This document shows positions 29,958 to 39,586 of a DNA stretch of 64,000 nucleotides, piece by piece. The position numbers and the translations under genes were made by a program. The notes beneath the pieces were generated by a model that made no database searches, had not been told where the DNA came from, and was given only the letters and a program-made list of their open reading frames with translations. The stretch's first letter is position 1. Every line of letters begins with the position of its first letter. The stretch covers positions 1-64,000 of the forward strand of contig CAXBMO010000030.1 of assembly GCA_963977015.1 (NCBI GenBank). The letters run 5' to 3'. Source of the stretch: an uncultured bacterium. GTDB taxonomy: Bacteria; Verrucomicrobiota; Verrucomicrobiia; Verrucomicrobiales; DEV007.

Positions 29958-30345
29958 CACTCCGACATCGATGTGCTGGAAAAAGCTAGCCAAGCCCTCC
30001 TTGCCGAGATGAACCGGTTCGAAACCGCGCGCGACGTCAGTGACGATTACAACAAGGGCAAATCCCAGCTCGACTTCACCCTGCTGCCGGAAGGCCGCGC
30101 CCTCGGACTCACCAGTGCCGAAGTCGGCCAGCAAGTGCGCGACGCTTTCTACGGTGCGCTGGCCCTGCGCCAATTGCGCGGCACCAACGAAGTCGAAGTT
30201 CGGGTCAAACTGCCGCTCGCCGAACGCCAGGACATCCATCACCTCGAAGAACTCGTCATCTTGACCCCGGCGGGAACCGAAGTCCCCCTGCTCGACGTCC
30301 TTCAGGTCGAACGCGGCGAAGCCTTCACCACCATCAACCGCAATG
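29952..30345 (+). pseudogene. Internal fragment of an RND (AcrB-type) efflux transporter
   Basis: [35 protein letters not shown]; no N- or C-terminal TM regions. Confidence 0.8.
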
Positions 30346-30386
30346 GCAACCTGTACCAAAAAGCAAAAAACTATCGACAGACCACC

Positions 30387-30983
30387 TCAGATGTTCGATT
30401 CGCCGACGTTTTCGAGGTCTGCTGGAGGCTGCGTGGGTTTTGCAATCGCAGCTCGAAGTTCCTTGCGATACCGGCGTTCTATGAACATGCGTGGAGGGCG
30501 ACTCGTCAACCCATCGTTGCTTTCACGTTTCCAATTCTGAAAAAGTAGATGTTGTTCATGAGCGATGGCAGTCTCGAGCTGCTCCAGAAACTTATCAAAA
30601 AGATCATCGCTCTTCCTTACCTTGAAATAGACGGTTCTTTCATTCAAAAGCGCGGCCTCCCCTTTTCTTAGTTCGAACGACTCAACTTTTGCGTCGAGGG
30701 TGAATCGGAATCCCTTAATGAACGGCGAGTAGACCTTGAGGTTCGTCTTAATTCGATATGTGTGCTTAGGAAGAATAAGATACGCAAACCAAATGGTGAA
30801 TGGAATTAGAATGATCCCAGTGATTAGTAGTGTTAGGAAGAACTTGGGGAAGAATGGTACCTTTAAGAAGAAAGATGTAATGAATCCAGCGAGTGCGATG
30901 ATTGCTATTACGCCTAGGAAAATAGTCGCATTCTTTGCGAACGGAGAAATTTTGAAAATTGCCTGAAGGATCTTCGTAGTCAT
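30387..30983 (-). CDS. Hypothetical 2-TM membrane protein (second integron-type cassette)
   Basis: AT-rich ORF starting 35 nt after the attC core GTTCGCC. Confidence 0.65.
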   Translation of the reverse strand: MTTKILQAIFKISPFAKNATIFLGVIAIIALAGFITSFFLKVPFFPKFFLTLLITGIILIPFTIWFAYLILPKHTYRIKTNLKVYSPFIKGFRFTLDAKVESFELRKGEAALLNERTVYFKVRKSDDLFDKFLEQLETAIAHEQHLLFQNWKRESNDGLTSRPPRMFIERRYRKELRAAIAKPTQPPADLENVGESNI

Positions 30984-31017
30984 TTAGGACGTATTGTTCT
31001 TGGTTTCCTCATATTCT

Positions 31018-31144
31018 GGCGAACGTCCGAGCGCTGGCACCCGCTACGGGTTGCGCAGCGTCGCAACAGGGTTAAGAATTCGAGTAAAGAGGGTCATGTC
31101 GACTCGCCAGCGGTAGCGGGTTGCTCAGCCGCGTCTTGTTCGAT
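31018..31144 (-). mobile_element. Integron attC recombination site
   Basis: Minus strand ATCGAAC-aagac-gcggctgagcaacccgctac ... gtagcgggtgccagcgc-tcggac-GTTCGCC; R'' is the exact complement of GTTCGAT at the cassette start (31950-31956). Confidence 0.85.
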
Positions 31145-31945
31145 CTCGTTGGTTATGATTCGGAAGTCCGTTGGATGACGCTCCGCCTGCAGAATTTTAG
31201 CGTGAGGATAGTCGTCTTTCGCAATTTCAATGATCTCACGACGGAGTTCCTCCGGGGCACGGCATCCGATGACGACCTCACGGACTGCCTCTGGAGGAAA
31301 CTCTAGAAAATGCATCTTTCTGCCCTTGATTTCACGTTCAGTGCAGACCTGCCATGCGATGATAATTCTGTATTCATCCTCGTATGACCACTCCGGTGAC
31401 TTCGTTTTCATTACTCGCCGGTATGGATCATCTGGATCGGCATTGAATAATGGATGATATTCGCCTCTCTCCGTGGAATAGATCACACGGTGCAAAACGT
31501 CTTCGAAGTGATCTGAGTCAAATCCGATCGCGATACCCCTGTGGTTGTCAGCGTAGTGTGACCATAAAAGGATGTTTTCCCGGCCACCGCAAAAGCAACA
31601 TACTCCTAAGCGCTTTCCGGCGGCATCATAAAATCGTTCAGGGCTCGCCGCGCCGTGGCCTGTATACGTTGAGAAGATGGTATCGACCCAGCTCTCTTCA
31701 TCCTTACGAATCTCTTCCTTAAAGGCGTCGAAATCGAGTAGGCACCCATTCGAAACTTGGATCTCATAAAAATTCTGCAGAAAGCTAGGATTGTTGAGCT
31801 TGATTCTCGCATGCTCCCGATTCACATTAGCCATTCGCGGGAAAAACTCAAACGGGTCATTGAACTCGGAAGGCTGTGAAATCTTAAACTCTCGCTTTTG
31901 GAGCGTCGCGGGGCCAAATCCACCCGTGTATTTGTAGATTATCAT
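31094..31945 (-). CDS. DUF2971 family protein (first integron cassette)
   Basis: YKYT, S.P..FNDPFE, CFC, LWSHYA.NH.GI.IGF, K...W.YE.EYR; lower GC. Confidence 0.88.
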   Translation of the reverse strand: MIIYKYTGGFGPATLQKREFKISQPSEFNDPFEFFPRMANVNREHARIKLNNPSFLQNFYEIQVSNGCLLDFDAFKEEIRKDEESWVDTIFSTYTGHGAASPERFYDAAGKRLGVCCFCGGRENILLWSHYADNHRGIAIGFDSDHFEDVLHRVIYSTERGEYHPLFNADPDDPYRRVMKTKSPEWSYEDEYRIIIAWQVCTEREIKGRKMHFLEFPPEAVREVVIGCRAPEELRREIIEIAKDDYPHAKILQAERHPTDFRIITNEIEQDAAEQPATAGEST

Positions 31946-31949
31946 TTGG

Positions 31950-32012
31950 ATCGAACTGTGGATATCCTGCAGAATTGCAGGAATATCCTTTTATAGTCAA
32001 CATTCTTGCAGG
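31950..32012 (-). mobile_element. Cassette insertion core (GTTCGAT) with possible attI-like upstream repeats
   Basis: Core lies 4 nt before the ATG; adjacent palindrome ggatatcctgca-gaat-tgcaggaatatcc and repeated CCTGCAA. Confidence 0.45.
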
Positions 32013-32104
32013 GAGAATTGTGTATTAGGACGGGGAGGAATGCCGGGCATAGCGGTGGGTGAATTTTCCATGATTGCCTTGGCTTACTGCCGCCTTTGGT
32101 GGGA

Positions 32105-32133
32105 ATGCTAGTGCGACGAATGGGGAGTGTCAA
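32105..32133 (-). promoter_or_regulatory. Pc-like sigma70 promoter facing the cassettes
   Basis: TTGACA-N17-TAGCAT on the minus strand. Confidence 0.6.
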
Positions 32134-32300
32134 GCTTTTGGAGGCGTGGCGGTTTCGCGGGTTGAGGCTTAGGAATTCGGATAGATTTTCCGGAATTCGC
32201 CCTGCGAGGTTGTCAAGATATCACGGGAACCTGGGACGATCGGAAAAACGATTTTACCATGCGCCCCGGAAGAGGCGCCAGAAGCAGGATCCTGACGCGC

Positions 32301-33668
32301 TCAGCCGATCAATTCCGGAATCGGCTTGATCCCGGAATCCACGAGATAGTGTGGGCGGCCGCGCGCGTCCTCAATCGTGGTCCGGACCGGATCGATGCCG
32401 ATACAATGATAGAGGGTGGCGAAGACCTCTTGAAACTTGACGGGTCGTTCCGTGGGCGCGGTTCCATGCTTGTCGGTCGCGCCGATGACCTGACCGGTGT
32501 TCATCCCGCCGCCCGCCATCAGAGCAAAACTCGCTCTGGGCCAATGATCGCGGCTGTTGAGCTTGTTCAGTTTCGGGGTGCGGCCGAATTCGCCCCAAAC
32601 GACGACGGCGACATCGCGGTCGAGCCCGCGCAAATGAAGATCTTCCAGCATCGCGGCCAAGCCTTGGTCCAGCATCGGGAAATCTTCGCGTGCCCGTTTG
32701 AAATTGAAGAGGTCGGCGGTGCCATGCCAATCCCAGCGACTGAAGTTCAGGCTGACAACTCGGGCGCCGGCTTCGACCAATCGCAGCGCGACCAGAAAGT
32801 TGCGAATCATCTTGGGCGGACCGTCGTAAGTGTAAATCGGATCATCCACGCCGTAGCGCGCCACGACCTTGGGATCTTCCTTGGAAAGATCGAGCGCGTC
32901 GGTGAGTTTGGAACCTGTCAGGATGTCGAGCGCTTGTTGGTGATAGACGTTGAGGCCATCGCCTTCTCCCACCGCATCCGCGTCGCGCTGAAACGTGTTG
33001 AGGGCGTCTCGCAAGCGAGTCCGATCGTCGAGGCGATCCAGCGTGATGCCCCGCAGGCCGATGTCTTGAGGTTTCGAGAGTGGATCGCGTTCCACCAGAT
33101 TCATCGGTTTGTGGGCGGGGCCGACAAACCCTCCACCGTAGGGTTCGCCCCAGTTCCCGCCTTTGCTGGGATACATCATCGCGAGATTGGCTGGAACTCC
33201 TGCATTGGAACCGGCCACTTTGGAGACCCAGGCCCCAAAATTGGGCCAACCTCCGGGAGGCGCCGCCGGATCCAGCTTTCGCCGGCCCGTCATGCATTGA
33301 TGAGGATCGTGCCGGCCTTCGCTGTCGGCGATGGAACGGATGATGGCGAATTTGTCGGCGCATTTGGCGAGGTTGGGGAACAACTCGCAGAATTCCATCC
33401 CGGGCACGTTGCTCTTGATCGGTTGGAATTCGCCCCGGATTTCGCGCGGAGCCCCCGGCTTCATGTCGAACATGTCGAGGTGGGGAGGACCGCCCGGCAA
33501 AAAGATATTGATGATGGCCTTGTGAGAGCTTCCGACGTTCTGCCTGGCCTCGGCAGCGAGGAGTTGAGGGAGCGAAAGCCCGCCCGCAGCCATGCCGCCG
33601 ATATTGAGAAAATGCCGTCGTGGAGCTCTTCCTCGGCGCGAGTTGGGTTTGTCGAAAAGCGTGATCAT
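32301..33668 (-). CDS. DUF1501 family protein (Tat-like RR leader)
   Basis: RRHFL, FLPGGPPHLD.FD.KP, RGEF.PI, WDWH, GEFGRTP, RDHWP, GQVIGATD. Confidence 0.93.
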   Translation of the reverse strand: MITLFDKPNSRRGRAPRRHFLNIGGMAAGGLSLPQLLAAEARQNVGSSHKAIINIFLPGGPPHLDMFDMKPGAPREIRGEFQPIKSNVPGMEFCELFPNLAKCADKFAIIRSIADSEGRHDPHQCMTGRRKLDPAAPPGGWPNFGAWVSKVAGSNAGVPANLAMMYPSKGGNWGEPYGGGFVGPAHKPMNLVERDPLSKPQDIGLRGITLDRLDDRTRLRDALNTFQRDADAVGEGDGLNVYHQQALDILTGSKLTDALDLSKEDPKVVARYGVDDPIYTYDGPPKMIRNFLVALRLVEAGARVVSLNFSRWDWHGTADLFNFKRAREDFPMLDQGLAAMLEDLHLRGLDRDVAVVVWGEFGRTPKLNKLNSRDHWPRASFALMAGGGMNTGQVIGATDKHGTAPTERPVKFQEVFATLYHCIGIDPVRTTIEDARGRPHYLVDSGIKPIPELIG

Positions 33669-33788
33669 GACAGGGTGCCTGTTCCTTACACGTTCCCAGG
33701 CGACGGATTGTTTCGACCGTGGGGAGCCTATTCTTTTTCCGTATCGCGAGGACTCGACTTCAGAGTCTGTCTCCTCCAAGATTTCAGG

Positions 33789-34967
33789 ATGAAAATTCGA
33801 ACCTGGATCACGGTGAGTTTTGGCTTGGTCAGTCTTTCCATCGCGTCCCTCAACGCAGCCCCGGTTTCCGTGAACGACCGCGCCGGCTTGATTACTGCGG
33901 CTCAATCGGCGATTCCGGGAACCGTCATTCGCTTGGAGGCCGGGAACTATGCCGGAGGAGTGCAGATCCGGGCGGTAAACGGGACCGAATCGGCGCCGAT
34001 CGTCATCGAGGCCGCAGATCCGGAAAACCCGCCCTTGTTCTCGGCCAACCTTGGCGGCAACACAGCCATTCAACTTTCGGGGTGTTCTCACATCATCCTG
34101 CGAAACCTGCGCGTCACCGGTTTTCCGGCGAATGGCATCAATGCGGATGACGGCGGGGATCGTGAACGCCCGTCCCGCGGTTTGCGGTTCGAGAACCTCG
34201 CCATCGAGAACACCGGTCCACGCGGAAATCACGACGCGCTCAAGTTGTCCGGCCTTGCCGAATTTGCAGTGTCGCAGTGTTCCTTTCGAGGCTGGGGCGG
34301 TTTCGCCATCGACATGGTTGGCTGTCACGACGGCGCGATCGAGCATTGCCAATTCCGGGGCCGCGAAGGCTTCTCGCAATCCAACGCCGTTCAGATCAAG
34401 GGAGGCTCGTCGCGAATCCAGGTTTTGCGGTCCTACTTTCAGAACGCCGGGCACCGTTCCGTCAATCTCGGGGGCAGCACCGGATTGCCCTACTTTCGTC
34501 CGCCGGATGCGACATGGGAGGCGCGAGATGTCGAGATCGCCGGAAACCGTTTCGTCGGAAGCATGGCGCCGATTGCCTGGGTTGGTTGCGACAACGGGCA
34601 CGTTCATCGCAACACCATTTACCTGCCCGAAAAGTGGGTCGTCCGTATTCTGCAGGAGAACGTCGACCCCCGGTTTGGTCATTGCCGAGCCGGAACCTTT
34701 GAGCACAATCTGATCGTGTTCGATCGACGCGTTCGGGTCTTCGCCAATGTGGGCGGCAACACCCAACTCGACACATTTCTCGTTCGCCACAACGCCTGGT
34801 TCTGTCTCGATCAACCGCATCGACGGCCAACCGGATTGCCCGGTGAGCCGGTTGATGAGATCACTGGGACGAATCCGGAGTTGAGCGATCCTGGCCAGCC
34901 CACCATGCAGATCGGGAACCCGGCTCTTGCCGATGTCGGGGCCGACGCCTATGCCGATTCCGAATAG
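33789..34967 (+). CDS. Secreted right-handed parallel beta-helix protein (polysaccharide lyase-like fold)
   Basis: Signal peptide, PG..I.L..G.Y, GTE.API.I, DALKLSG, IDMVGC, QIKGGS. Confidence 0.8.
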   Translation: MKIRTWITVSFGLVSLSIASLNAAPVSVNDRAGLITAAQSAIPGTVIRLEAGNYAGGVQIRAVNGTESAPIVIEAADPENPPLFSANLGGNTAIQLSGCSHIILRNLRVTGFPANGINADDGGDRERPSRGLRFENLAIENTGPRGNHDALKLSGLAEFAVSQCSFRGWGGFAIDMVGCHDGAIEHCQFRGREGFSQSNAVQIKGGSSRIQVLRSYFQNAGHRSVNLGGSTGLPYFRPPDATWEARDVEIAGNRFVGSMAPIAWVGCDNGHVHRNTIYLPEKWVVRILQENVDPRFGHCRAGTFEHNLIVFDRRVRVFANVGGNTQLDTFLVRHNAWFCLDQPHRRPTGLPGEPVDEITGTNPELSDPGQPTMQIGNPALADVGADAYADSE

Positions 34968-35030
34968 GGCTCGCTCCAATCTTCCAAAATTGTGGCTGGA
35001 AATTGCGGCGGATCTCCCCAACATCCTCCT

Positions 35031-35924
35031 ATGAATCGCCCCATTCTAGTCGCCATCGCGTTCGCCCTCGTTCTCTCTTTTGCGCAAGCTCAAGACAAAC
35101 CCAAGGAACCCGACTACCCGGTTCAACCGGAATCCGTGCGGCAGGATGGCGTGCCCCAGGGAACGGTTACCAAGTCCACCTTCAAGAGCGAGGTTTTCCC
35201 GAACACCCTGCGCGAATACTACGTTTACGTCCCCGCGCAATACGACGGCAGCCAGCCCGCCGCTGTCATGGTCTTTCAGGATGGCCACACCTATATTGGC
35301 GAAAACGGCGACTTCAAAACGCCCATCGTCCTCGACAACCTCATCCACCAGGGCGACATGCCTGTCACCATCGGCATCTTCATCAACCCCGGCTGGTTCA
35401 TCGATGCATTTGAGAAGCCGCAGGGGTGGAAGGCGCCGGAAGGCGTTCGCAGCAATCGCATGATCGAATACGATCGCCTCACCGAAGACTATGCCACCTT
35501 TCTCGAAACCGAAATGCTCCCCGAAGTCGCCAAGACCTACAAGTTGACGGACGACCCCGAGCAACGCGCGATTTGCGGCATCAGCTCCGGCGGCATCTGC
35601 GCCTGGACCGTCGCTTGGAAGCGGCCCGACCTCTTTCGCAAAGTCCTCAGCCACGTCGGCAGCTTCGTCAACATTCAGGGCGGCCACATCTACCCCGCCC
35701 TCATCCGCAAGACCGATCCCAAACCCATCCGTATCTTCCTTCAGGATGGCTCCAACGATCTCGACAACGAGCACGGCAACTGGCCCCTCGCCAATCAGCA
35801 GATGGCCGCCGCCCTCAAGTTCGCCAACTACGATTACCAATTCGTCTACGGCGAAGGCGGCCACAACGGCAAACACGGCGGCGCAATCCTCCCGGAGTCG
35901 CTCAAGTGGCTTTGGCGGGAGTAG
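35031..35924 (+). CDS. Secreted alpha/beta-hydrolase (enterochelin esterase-like)
   Basis: YVYVP.QY, VFQDG, GISSGG nucleophile motif, QDG.ND, G.H. Confidence 0.88.
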   Translation: MNRPILVAIAFALVLSFAQAQDKPKEPDYPVQPESVRQDGVPQGTVTKSTFKSEVFPNTLREYYVYVPAQYDGSQPAAVMVFQDGHTYIGENGDFKTPIVLDNLIHQGDMPVTIGIFINPGWFIDAFEKPQGWKAPEGVRSNRMIEYDRLTEDYATFLETEMLPEVAKTYKLTDDPEQRAICGISSGGICAWTVAWKRPDLFRKVLSHVGSFVNIQGGHIYPALIRKTDPKPIRIFLQDGSNDLDNEHGNWPLANQQMAAALKFANYDYQFVYGEGGHNGKHGGAILPESLKWLWRE

Positions 35925-35939
35925 GGTAATTCTCGGCTG

Positions 35940-36236
35940 CTAGATGCGGTCCAACCCGAAACCCTCATTGCGTCCATCATGCCGAACCACGAGAATTCGG
36001 ATCTGCTTTTCGGTTAGCTTGTAGATCACACTGTAGGGAAAATGTTCCAAGTGAATGGTGCGGCGATTTTCTCCAGGCTTAAGGGGCCGCCATTGGGTGG
36101 GATGCTCGCAGATCGAGCAGAAGATCTTGTTGAGATCAATCAAGAAACGATCCCCGGCGACATTGGATCGTTCGTCATACCAAGCGACGATCTGGGAAAT
36201 ATCGTCGCGAGCCGCTTTGGCGATGACGAATTTCAC
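35940..36236 (-). CDS. Type II toxin, RelE/ParE family
   Basis: A..DI..I..WY, FPYSVIY, ILVVRH..R; overlaps antitoxin. Confidence 0.85.
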   Translation of the reverse strand: MKFVIAKAARDDISQIVAWYDERSNVAGDRFLIDLNKIFCSICEHPTQWRPLKPGENRRTIHLEHFPYSVIYKLTEKQIRILVVRHDGRNEGFGLDRI

Positions 36237-36451
36237 CGTTTCCGGTTGTGCATTTGATCCATGAATTCGTTCACTGGCATCCAGCCATCAGGGGCGGCAT
36301 CCGCTTCGCGCTCTCGTTCATCGCACAGTTGGATCAAAGAATCCATCTCATCGCCGGAAAGCTCGATGCTATCCCAAATCCGTTGCGCGAGTTGTTTGCG
36401 CTCCTCAACGGAAAGGGCCATCACCGCATTTTCAACTTCGGCAAAACTCAT
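36233..36451 (-). CDS. Addiction-module antitoxin component
   Basis: LSVEER..LA..IWDS motif; upstream of toxin. Confidence 0.82.
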   Translation of the reverse strand: MSFAEVENAVMALSVEERKQLAQRIWDSIELSGDEMDSLIQLCDEREREADAAPDGWMPVNEFMDQMHNRKR

Positions 36452-36696
36452 GAGCTCAATAAATGGGTTCTCAAGGTCACGTCAATTGGCAACAGGTATT
36501 ATCCCTTGTGCCGTTTGGGACGAAATCCCCCTTGAATGGCGAATTGTTCAGACCGAAAATCCTAAACCAAAAGCTGCCGCAACTAGTCTTCCACCAAGTT
36601 AAACGCGTCTTCGGGTCTCCACTACGGGATTCACAAAGATAGATAGCGCTGCGGAGGACCGCATGGAAGTAGAGTTCCTGGCATTGCATTCATCCT

Positions 36697-37575
36697 TCAT
36701 CCCTCCGCCTTCATCCTTTGGAAAAGCGCCGGGTAGTAACTGAGGATGATCCAGGAAAACGGACCGACGCGCATAAAGAAGTGGATGCCGAGGTGGAAGA
36801 GGATGCCCCAGATGGCGAAGCAGAGCGGGTAGTTGATGCGGTTGAAGACGCGACGCTGGCGACCGGGGCGATCTGCGGTTGCGCGGTAGTAAAGGGCGAG
36901 GAGAAGGAGCGGGGAAAGGACTTCGAACCACCAGGAGAAGGCGGTGGTGAGTTGAGTGATGGGGTAGGCTTGGCTGAGCCCGGGAGTCAGGTCCCAACGT
37001 CGCCAGAAGGGATCCTGCAGGGTGTAGTAAACCGCGCTGAGGTCGCCGCCGGGTAACCAGTGTCCGCTGATTTTCTGGACGCCGGTGGACCAGTAACAGA
37101 GCACGAGCTGAAGGATCATGACGAGGCGCGGCCAGGCGGTGACGAGGGTGGGGGAGGTCCAGCGCCCGTGCCGGAGTTTGCAGTCGAGCGAGAGGGTGGC
37201 ACCGGCTCCGCTGAAGATGAGGAGGAAGAGTTGGTTGGTGAGGAGGGAGTCGTAGGCGCTGCCGTCGTGGGGATTGAGGTGGATGAGCAGGTTGAAGAGG
37301 ACGAGGGAAAGGATGGCGGCGATGCGGGTGAAGAGGCCGAGCGCGAGGAGGAGCCCCGAGAGGAGGGTGGTGAAGGCGAGGATCCAGATGAGGCTGGGTG
37401 ACGGCCCGCCGCGATAGCCGGCGTCACTCCAGAGGGCGATGAGGGTTCCGTGCGGGAGGACGAAGCTGACGGAGGCGACGAGGCCGATGCCGGCCATGAT
37501 GCGGCAGAGGGCAAGCTGGAGGCCGGGTTCGCGGAGTTCGAGAAGGTGGAGCCAGCGCGCCCAGAGTTTCTTCAT
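36697..37575 (-). CDS. HTTM-domain membrane protein
   Basis: LA..RI..G, LGLFTR, Q.V.CY...G.QK, W..G, FH.GI...M..G.F. Confidence 0.8.
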   Translation of the reverse strand: MKKLWARWLHLLELREPGLQLALCRIMAGIGLVASVSFVLPHGTLIALWSDAGYRGGPSPSLIWILAFTTLLSGLLLALGLFTRIAAILSLVLFNLLIHLNPHDGSAYDSLLTNQLFLLIFSGAGATLSLDCKLRHGRWTSPTLVTAWPRLVMILQLVLCYWSTGVQKISGHWLPGGDLSAVYYTLQDPFWRRWDLTPGLSQAYPITQLTTAFSWWFEVLSPLLLLALYYRATADRPGRQRRVFNRINYPLCFAIWGILFHLGIHFFMRVGPFSWIILSYYPALFQRMKAEG

Positions 37576-38453
37576 GGGGTGAAGTCGCGCGTGCGGAGTT
37601 GTTTGGCTTCGGCGAAGGAGAGGGGCGCTGGGGCGGTTGAGGCGCCGGGTTTCATCGCGGGGACGATTTCAAAGCCGACGCGGAGGCGGGTGGCGTTGGG
37701 GAAGTCGCGCTTTGCTTCGGCGGCGAGCCAGTCGACGAATTGCTCGTAGGTCTCCGGGTAGAGGCCCCAGGCGTAGAGGTTGAGCGCGGCGCGGAACCGA
37801 TCGCGTTCGAAGTGGTGCGCGAGCCAGCGGTGTTCCGGCGAACCCATGAGGTGGACGGTTTCCCAGGATGCGGAGAGACTGGACTCAGGGACCCCGGCTG
37901 GCTTTTCTGGCCGCCACGGTGCTTGATGCATTGGAGCGGGGACTCTTTGGCGACGGGAAAGCGTAGGGGCAGCGCTCGACCCGGGCAAGCCGGGCCGGGG
38001 CGTTCGGATCGATGGCGGGGGCTGTGGTTGATCTACCTTCCACCGGCGCGAGACCGGTGGAGAGGGGATCTGCTGATTCGCTTCTCGATTCTCGATCCAA
38101 ATGTCGATGCGGAGGCGGACCGGTTCTTCAACGGCGGCGGGAAACATGCGCCAGCGTTGGCGCGTCCCGGCGAGGTGGTAGTAGGGGTGAAAGGGGCGAT
38201 TCAGGCTCTGCTGAACGTGGAGAATTCCGGTCGCGGCGTCCCAGGCGGTTTGGGCGACGTCTTCCCGGCTGGACTCGAAGCCCCATCCGGTGAGGCGATC
38301 GGCCCAATTCGCGAACTCGGCTTGCGCGATGGGATCCTCCCAGGCTTCCGGAGTGAGGACGCGTTGGTCGACGAGAACGGGGAGAGAACCGGCGGTGATC
38401 GCGACCACGTGAATCGCAACGAGGATTCCGCGGGCGTGGGCCAGTTTGCTCAA
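37572..38453 (-). CDS. HTTM partner protein with Pro-rich internal insertion
   Basis: N-terminal TM, GT.Q.W.MF motif typical of HTTM partners; TTG start overlaps upstream stop. Confidence 0.65.
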   Translation of the reverse strand: MSKLAHARGILVAIHVVAITAGSLPVLVDQRVLTPEAWEDPIAQAEFANWADRLTGWGFESSREDVAQTAWDAATGILHVQQSLNRPFHPYYHLAGTRQRWRMFPAAVEEPVRLRIDIWIENREANQQIPSPPVSRRWKVDQPQPPPSIRTPRPGLPGSSAAPTLSRRQRVPAPMHQAPWRPEKPAGVPESSLSASWETVHLMGSPEHRWLAHHFERDRFRAALNLYAWGLYPETYEQFVDWLAAEAKRDFPNATRLRVGFEIVPAMKPGASTAPAPLSFAEAKQLRTRDFTP

Positions 38454-38920
38454 ACCCGGACCTGTGTTTTGATCGTATTGAGAGCCTCGCGGAAGTCGGT
38501 CCAGCATTCGGAGCGAAAGCGATCGCGCTCGATCATCCAGCTTTTGGGGAAGCCGCGTTTGGAGCGGTAAAAGATGGTGGCGAGGTTGTCCTCAACGAAG
38601 ATTTTCTCGATTTTGGCGAGTTCGAGCTGGCGCTTGGCCAGTTTGCTGGTGCGGATGATGAGGTAGTCGTCGGTGGTCTCGACGAGGCATTTTTGGGGAT
38701 TGCAGACCCAGATGAGGAAGGGGAGAACGACCAAAAGCGTCGCGAGGACGCCGAGAGCGAGCCAGAACCACAGGGTGTGTTGTTCCGTGAGATCGAGCCG
38801 CGCGGGAAGGCTTCCAAAATGCCCAGTGGCGGCGACACCAGCGATGGCGATGCCCCACAGCACCATTCCGACTGGTTTGGTGCGACGTAGGGGTAGTTCA
38901 GCCAATTGCTTGGTCTCCAC
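38450..38920 (-). CDS. Hypothetical 2-TM membrane protein (possible PH-like C-terminus)
   Basis: Two hydrophobic segments; translationally coupled to the downstream gene. Confidence 0.6.
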   Translation of the reverse strand: METKQLAELPLRRTKPVGMVLWGIAIAGVAATGHFGSLPARLDLTEQHTLWFWLALGVLATLLVVLPFLIWVCNPQKCLVETTDDYLIIRTSKLAKRQLELAKIEKIFVEDNLATIFYRSKRGFPKSWMIERDRFRSECWTDFREALNTIKTQVRV

Positions 38921-39586
38921 TGAGATGCCATTGTTGAAAGGAACGGCGTCCTGGCAAGTGCCAAACTGAAAAACTTATTGTCAGGGGCGGAATTGCGCCC
39001 TTTTTCCCGCGAAACGAGCAACCCCCGAACCGCCTTGCAGCAATCCGGGGGTTGAGTCCTCAACTCAACTCACACAGAGCGATGATTTCGATTCACGGAT
39101 TTCGAAACGTGTTCCAGGGGCTGGAACTTGGCTGTGATGTGGGGTTGAGCGTCGGAGAAGGCGGTGATGAGAAGGAGGCCAAGTACAACCATTTCTCGCT
39201 GCGCCAAAATTCCTTACTACTATCAAATTCGTTCTTTTTATAAAACCGTCAACCTCATATGCTGGAAAAGTATCGTAATTATCTCTTAATTCTGATTATT
39301 ACGGAATTGCGACCGGTTGGTATCTCGAAGGCGGTCTAAGTTTGGGAAAGGAAGGCGCGAAGCGTTCCCTTTCTGAGCTGTTGTGGAGAAAAAGGTTGAT
39401 TTCAGGGGGCGATACCGGGTTTTATCCTGACCGGACAACCAGTCTCGCGACTCCGAGAAGCCACCACATTCTCGAAGAGGAACGAGTTGCAGATTGCGGA
39501 TTTTTATCCACATTGTCTGATATTTAACTTTGTTTAAATAACGTTTTCGAACAATCGGCCCCCAATCGGGTCTTTTACTAGTCTCC

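Noticed and set aside
29901-30548. 215-aa intact ORF
   Set aside because: A chimera of the DUF1501 relic antisense, an RND internal fragment and the antisense of a cassette gene
32134-32300. Possible integron integrase next to the Pc/attI-like region
   Set aside because: No ORF with tyrosine-recombinase motifs; the space is too short
32259-35024. Two ~900-aa fully overlapping ORFs on opposite strands
   Set aside because: Each is a real gene (DUF1501 from 33668; beta-helix from 33789) extended by a stop-free antisense frame of the other, a common high-GC artefact
35940-36690. Toxin-antitoxin pair as a further integron cassette
   Set aside because: No flanking attC-like hairpin or matching core sites seen
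39070-39195. ~40-codon minus-strand ORF (MVVLGLLLITAFSDAQ...)
   Set aside because: Hydrophobic start but no homology evidence or clear RBS; cannot be supported
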